Part shown: piece after piece, positions 62,317-64,000 of the stretch
Numbering within the stretch: the first letter of the stretch is position 1
How the letters are laid out: every line of letters begins with the position of its first letter
Assembly: GCA_036918135.1 (NCBI GenBank)
Contig: JBALDB010000048.1
Coordinates: 1 to 64,000 of the forward strand
DNA length: 64,000 nucleotides
Direction: 5' to 3'
DNA from: Nostoc sp.
GTDB taxonomy: Bacteria; Cyanobacteriota; Cyanobacteriia; Cyanobacteriales; Nostocaceae
Translations under genes and position numbers: made by a program
Notes under the pieces: model-generated
Seen by the model: only the letters and a program-made list of their open reading frames with translations
What the model was told of the DNA's origin: nothing
Databases searched by the model: none

Positions 62317-63402
62317 ATGGTGAACTTGATGGAGAATTTCTGTTTGAATTCCCAGATCCTTGGTGTAAGGAGCGAGAAATTCATCTGGGGATAAATCCGC
62401 AGGGTTAACGGCAACAGCTTTATTTAGAGTTTCTTTACTGGCAACTAACTGCTCTTGTTGCCATTTTTCAAATCCTTCTTGGGATTCAACTACCACTGTT
62501 GTTCTCATTGCGCCGTGGTAGGGGCCACAAAGTTCAGCACAGATTAGCGGATAATCACCTACTTTATTGGGCGTGAAGCGAATTTCACTTTGCCTACCGG
62601 GGATTGCATCTTGTTTCAGGCGGAACTCTGGCACCCAGAAGGCGTGGATGACATCGTTGGCTGTCATATTGATTTGCACTTCTTTGCCGATGGGAACGTG
62701 CAACTCACCTGTGGTTATTCCAGTTTCAGGATAAGTGAAAATCCAAGCATACTGTAGACCGGTGACGTTGACTTGCAATCCTGGTGGTTTACCTGCTTTA
62801 TCGGGACTTCCCCCAATGGTGGGAGCAACGCTACCGACTCCTGGAGCATTCCGCAGTTGGGGAATTTGGTTGGCATTGCGAACTTCTGCCGTAGCTGGAT
62901 CTTGCATCGCCTCATCAGATTTTTCTTGATTGAGGTTGGGTTCGGTGCTAGGAGGAGTATCGCTCAAAGTCGCAGCTATAGCACTTCCATGCCCAGGCAT
63001 TGTCATCGACTCTTGAGTAATCGGCGCTTCATGGATAGCATGGGGGTCGAAGCCACCGATTTCATTGTATACATCAAAACTGTAAACAGAAATACCGATA
63101 ACGATAATTGCTGGGATCGCCGTCCAGAGTATTTCTAAAGGTACATTGCCCTCAACTGGTGGGCCGTCTTCATTGTCACCTGCACGCCGACGGTATTTAA
63201 ATGCAGAGTAAATCAAAACACCTTCGACTATCAGAAATATACCTGTAGAAACAATCATCATCGCATTGAACAAACCATCGACTAAGACGGCTTCATCAGT
63301 AGCTGCTGCTGGCAACAGACCATGATTTTCACCGTACCAAATACTGGCTAGAGTTAGCACGATGCCAATGAGTAATGTCCAGATTGAACTTGGAATCTTC
63401 AC
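62314..63402 (-). CDS. coxB: Cytochrome c oxidase subunit II
   Basis: LEILWTAIP, QYAW, DVIHAFW, CuA motif CAELCGPYHGAM. Confidence 0.97.
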   Translation of the reverse strand: MKIPSSIWTLLIGIVLTLASIWYGENHGLLPAAATDEAVLVDGLFNAMMIVSTGIFLIVEGVLIYSAFKYRRRAGDNEDGPPVEGNVPLEILWTAIPAIIVIGISVYSFDVYNEIGGFDPHAIHEAPITQESMTMPGHGSAIAATLSDTPPSTEPNLNQEKSDEAMQDPATAEVRNANQIPQLRNAPGVGSVAPTIGGSPDKAGKPPGLQVNVTGLQYAWIFTYPETGITTGELHVPIGKEVQINMTANDVIHAFWVPEFRLKQDAIPGRQSEIRFTPNKVGDYPLICAELCGPYHGAMRTTVVVESQEGFEKWQQEQLVASKETLNKAVAVNPADLSPDEFLAPYTKDLGIQTEILHQVHH

Positions 63403-63788
63403 GGCTTACTTAAATGGATTTACTACGTTATCTCAAAGCTGCTCACTTACTAAGGTAGTCTAGGCTGTTAGATATGGAGTACAGTGTTCTAAAATTTTTA
63501 TTAATTTTTTTGGCTACTTTACCGACCCTGAGTGCAAAAAGCTGATTTAACAATAAGGTTTAGTTAAGGGTTGTCTTTGGAGAATTTCAGTAGAAACACA
63601 AATTTCGTATCTTTATAGGTTTATCAGATACTGATAGAAATACAGGTAAATTAGTAGAAAAATTTAAGATATAGCAATTTGATTTCATTCGTAAGAATTG
63701 AAAGCGACAGATCCCCGACATCTTTGAAATGTAGGGGATCTTGTTTCTCACTTCTCACGATCGCCTGCTGACTACTAAAATTTATTTA

Positions 63789-63874
63789 TATAGCAGGAGG
63801 CAGGAGGTAAAAACCTTACTATTCCTGAAATTCACACTTTTCATTATGTCCTAATCTACCTGGCAACTGCTATA
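63789..63874. repeat. Dispersed TATAGCA...TGCTATA element (copy 2)
   Basis: Homologous to 29067-29194. Confidence 0.75.
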
Positions 63875-64000
63875 ACTCCACCGACCCCACCACAGTCAAC
63901 GGATCGCCTGGGAAAACACGCAGCCTACTCTGGGAAGTTTCAAAATAGTCAACATCAAATAGATTCCTAACATTGACTGCGGCTCGAAAACCACGCTGAT

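Noticed and set aside
1..64000. Many short antisense or overlapping ORFs; abundant GCGATCGC
   Set aside because: Shadow frames of real genes; HIP1 is a normal genome-wide cyanobacterial feature

Overview
Chromosomal window from a heterocyst-forming cyanobacterium (Nostocales-like), judged from frequent HIP1 GCGATCGC sites, heptamer STRR arrays and dispersed palindromes. Core genes include lysA-cdaA-uppS, rimI, clpC, ycf51, thiE-thiS, desC, dusB, ald, hli and coxBAC. Accessory genes include a cluster of secreted proteins (one PliG-like), MscS, a haemagglutinin-like repeat protein, bestrophin, a ComFB-like protein, HCP, a hybrid histidine kinase, a Ser/Thr kinase and a PstS-like protein. Decaying loci: a cydA/cydB deletion fusion, an Rpn gene with tandem stops, a frameshifted XRE regulator and an MscS 5' relic. 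Best candidates for undescribed biology: (1) a four-gene operon at 52.4-56.1 kb encoding a signal-less dual-catalytic peptidoglycan hydrolase, a helical lipoprotein and two paralogous ~135-aa helical proteins; (2) a TetR fused to an apparently inactive tyrosine-recombinase domain, with twin operators over the desC promoter; (3) candidate structured RNAs at 18.5-18.9, 24.4 and 26.3 kb. No CRISPR array, rRNA or tRNA was seen. All family calls come from motif recognition by eye, not database searches.
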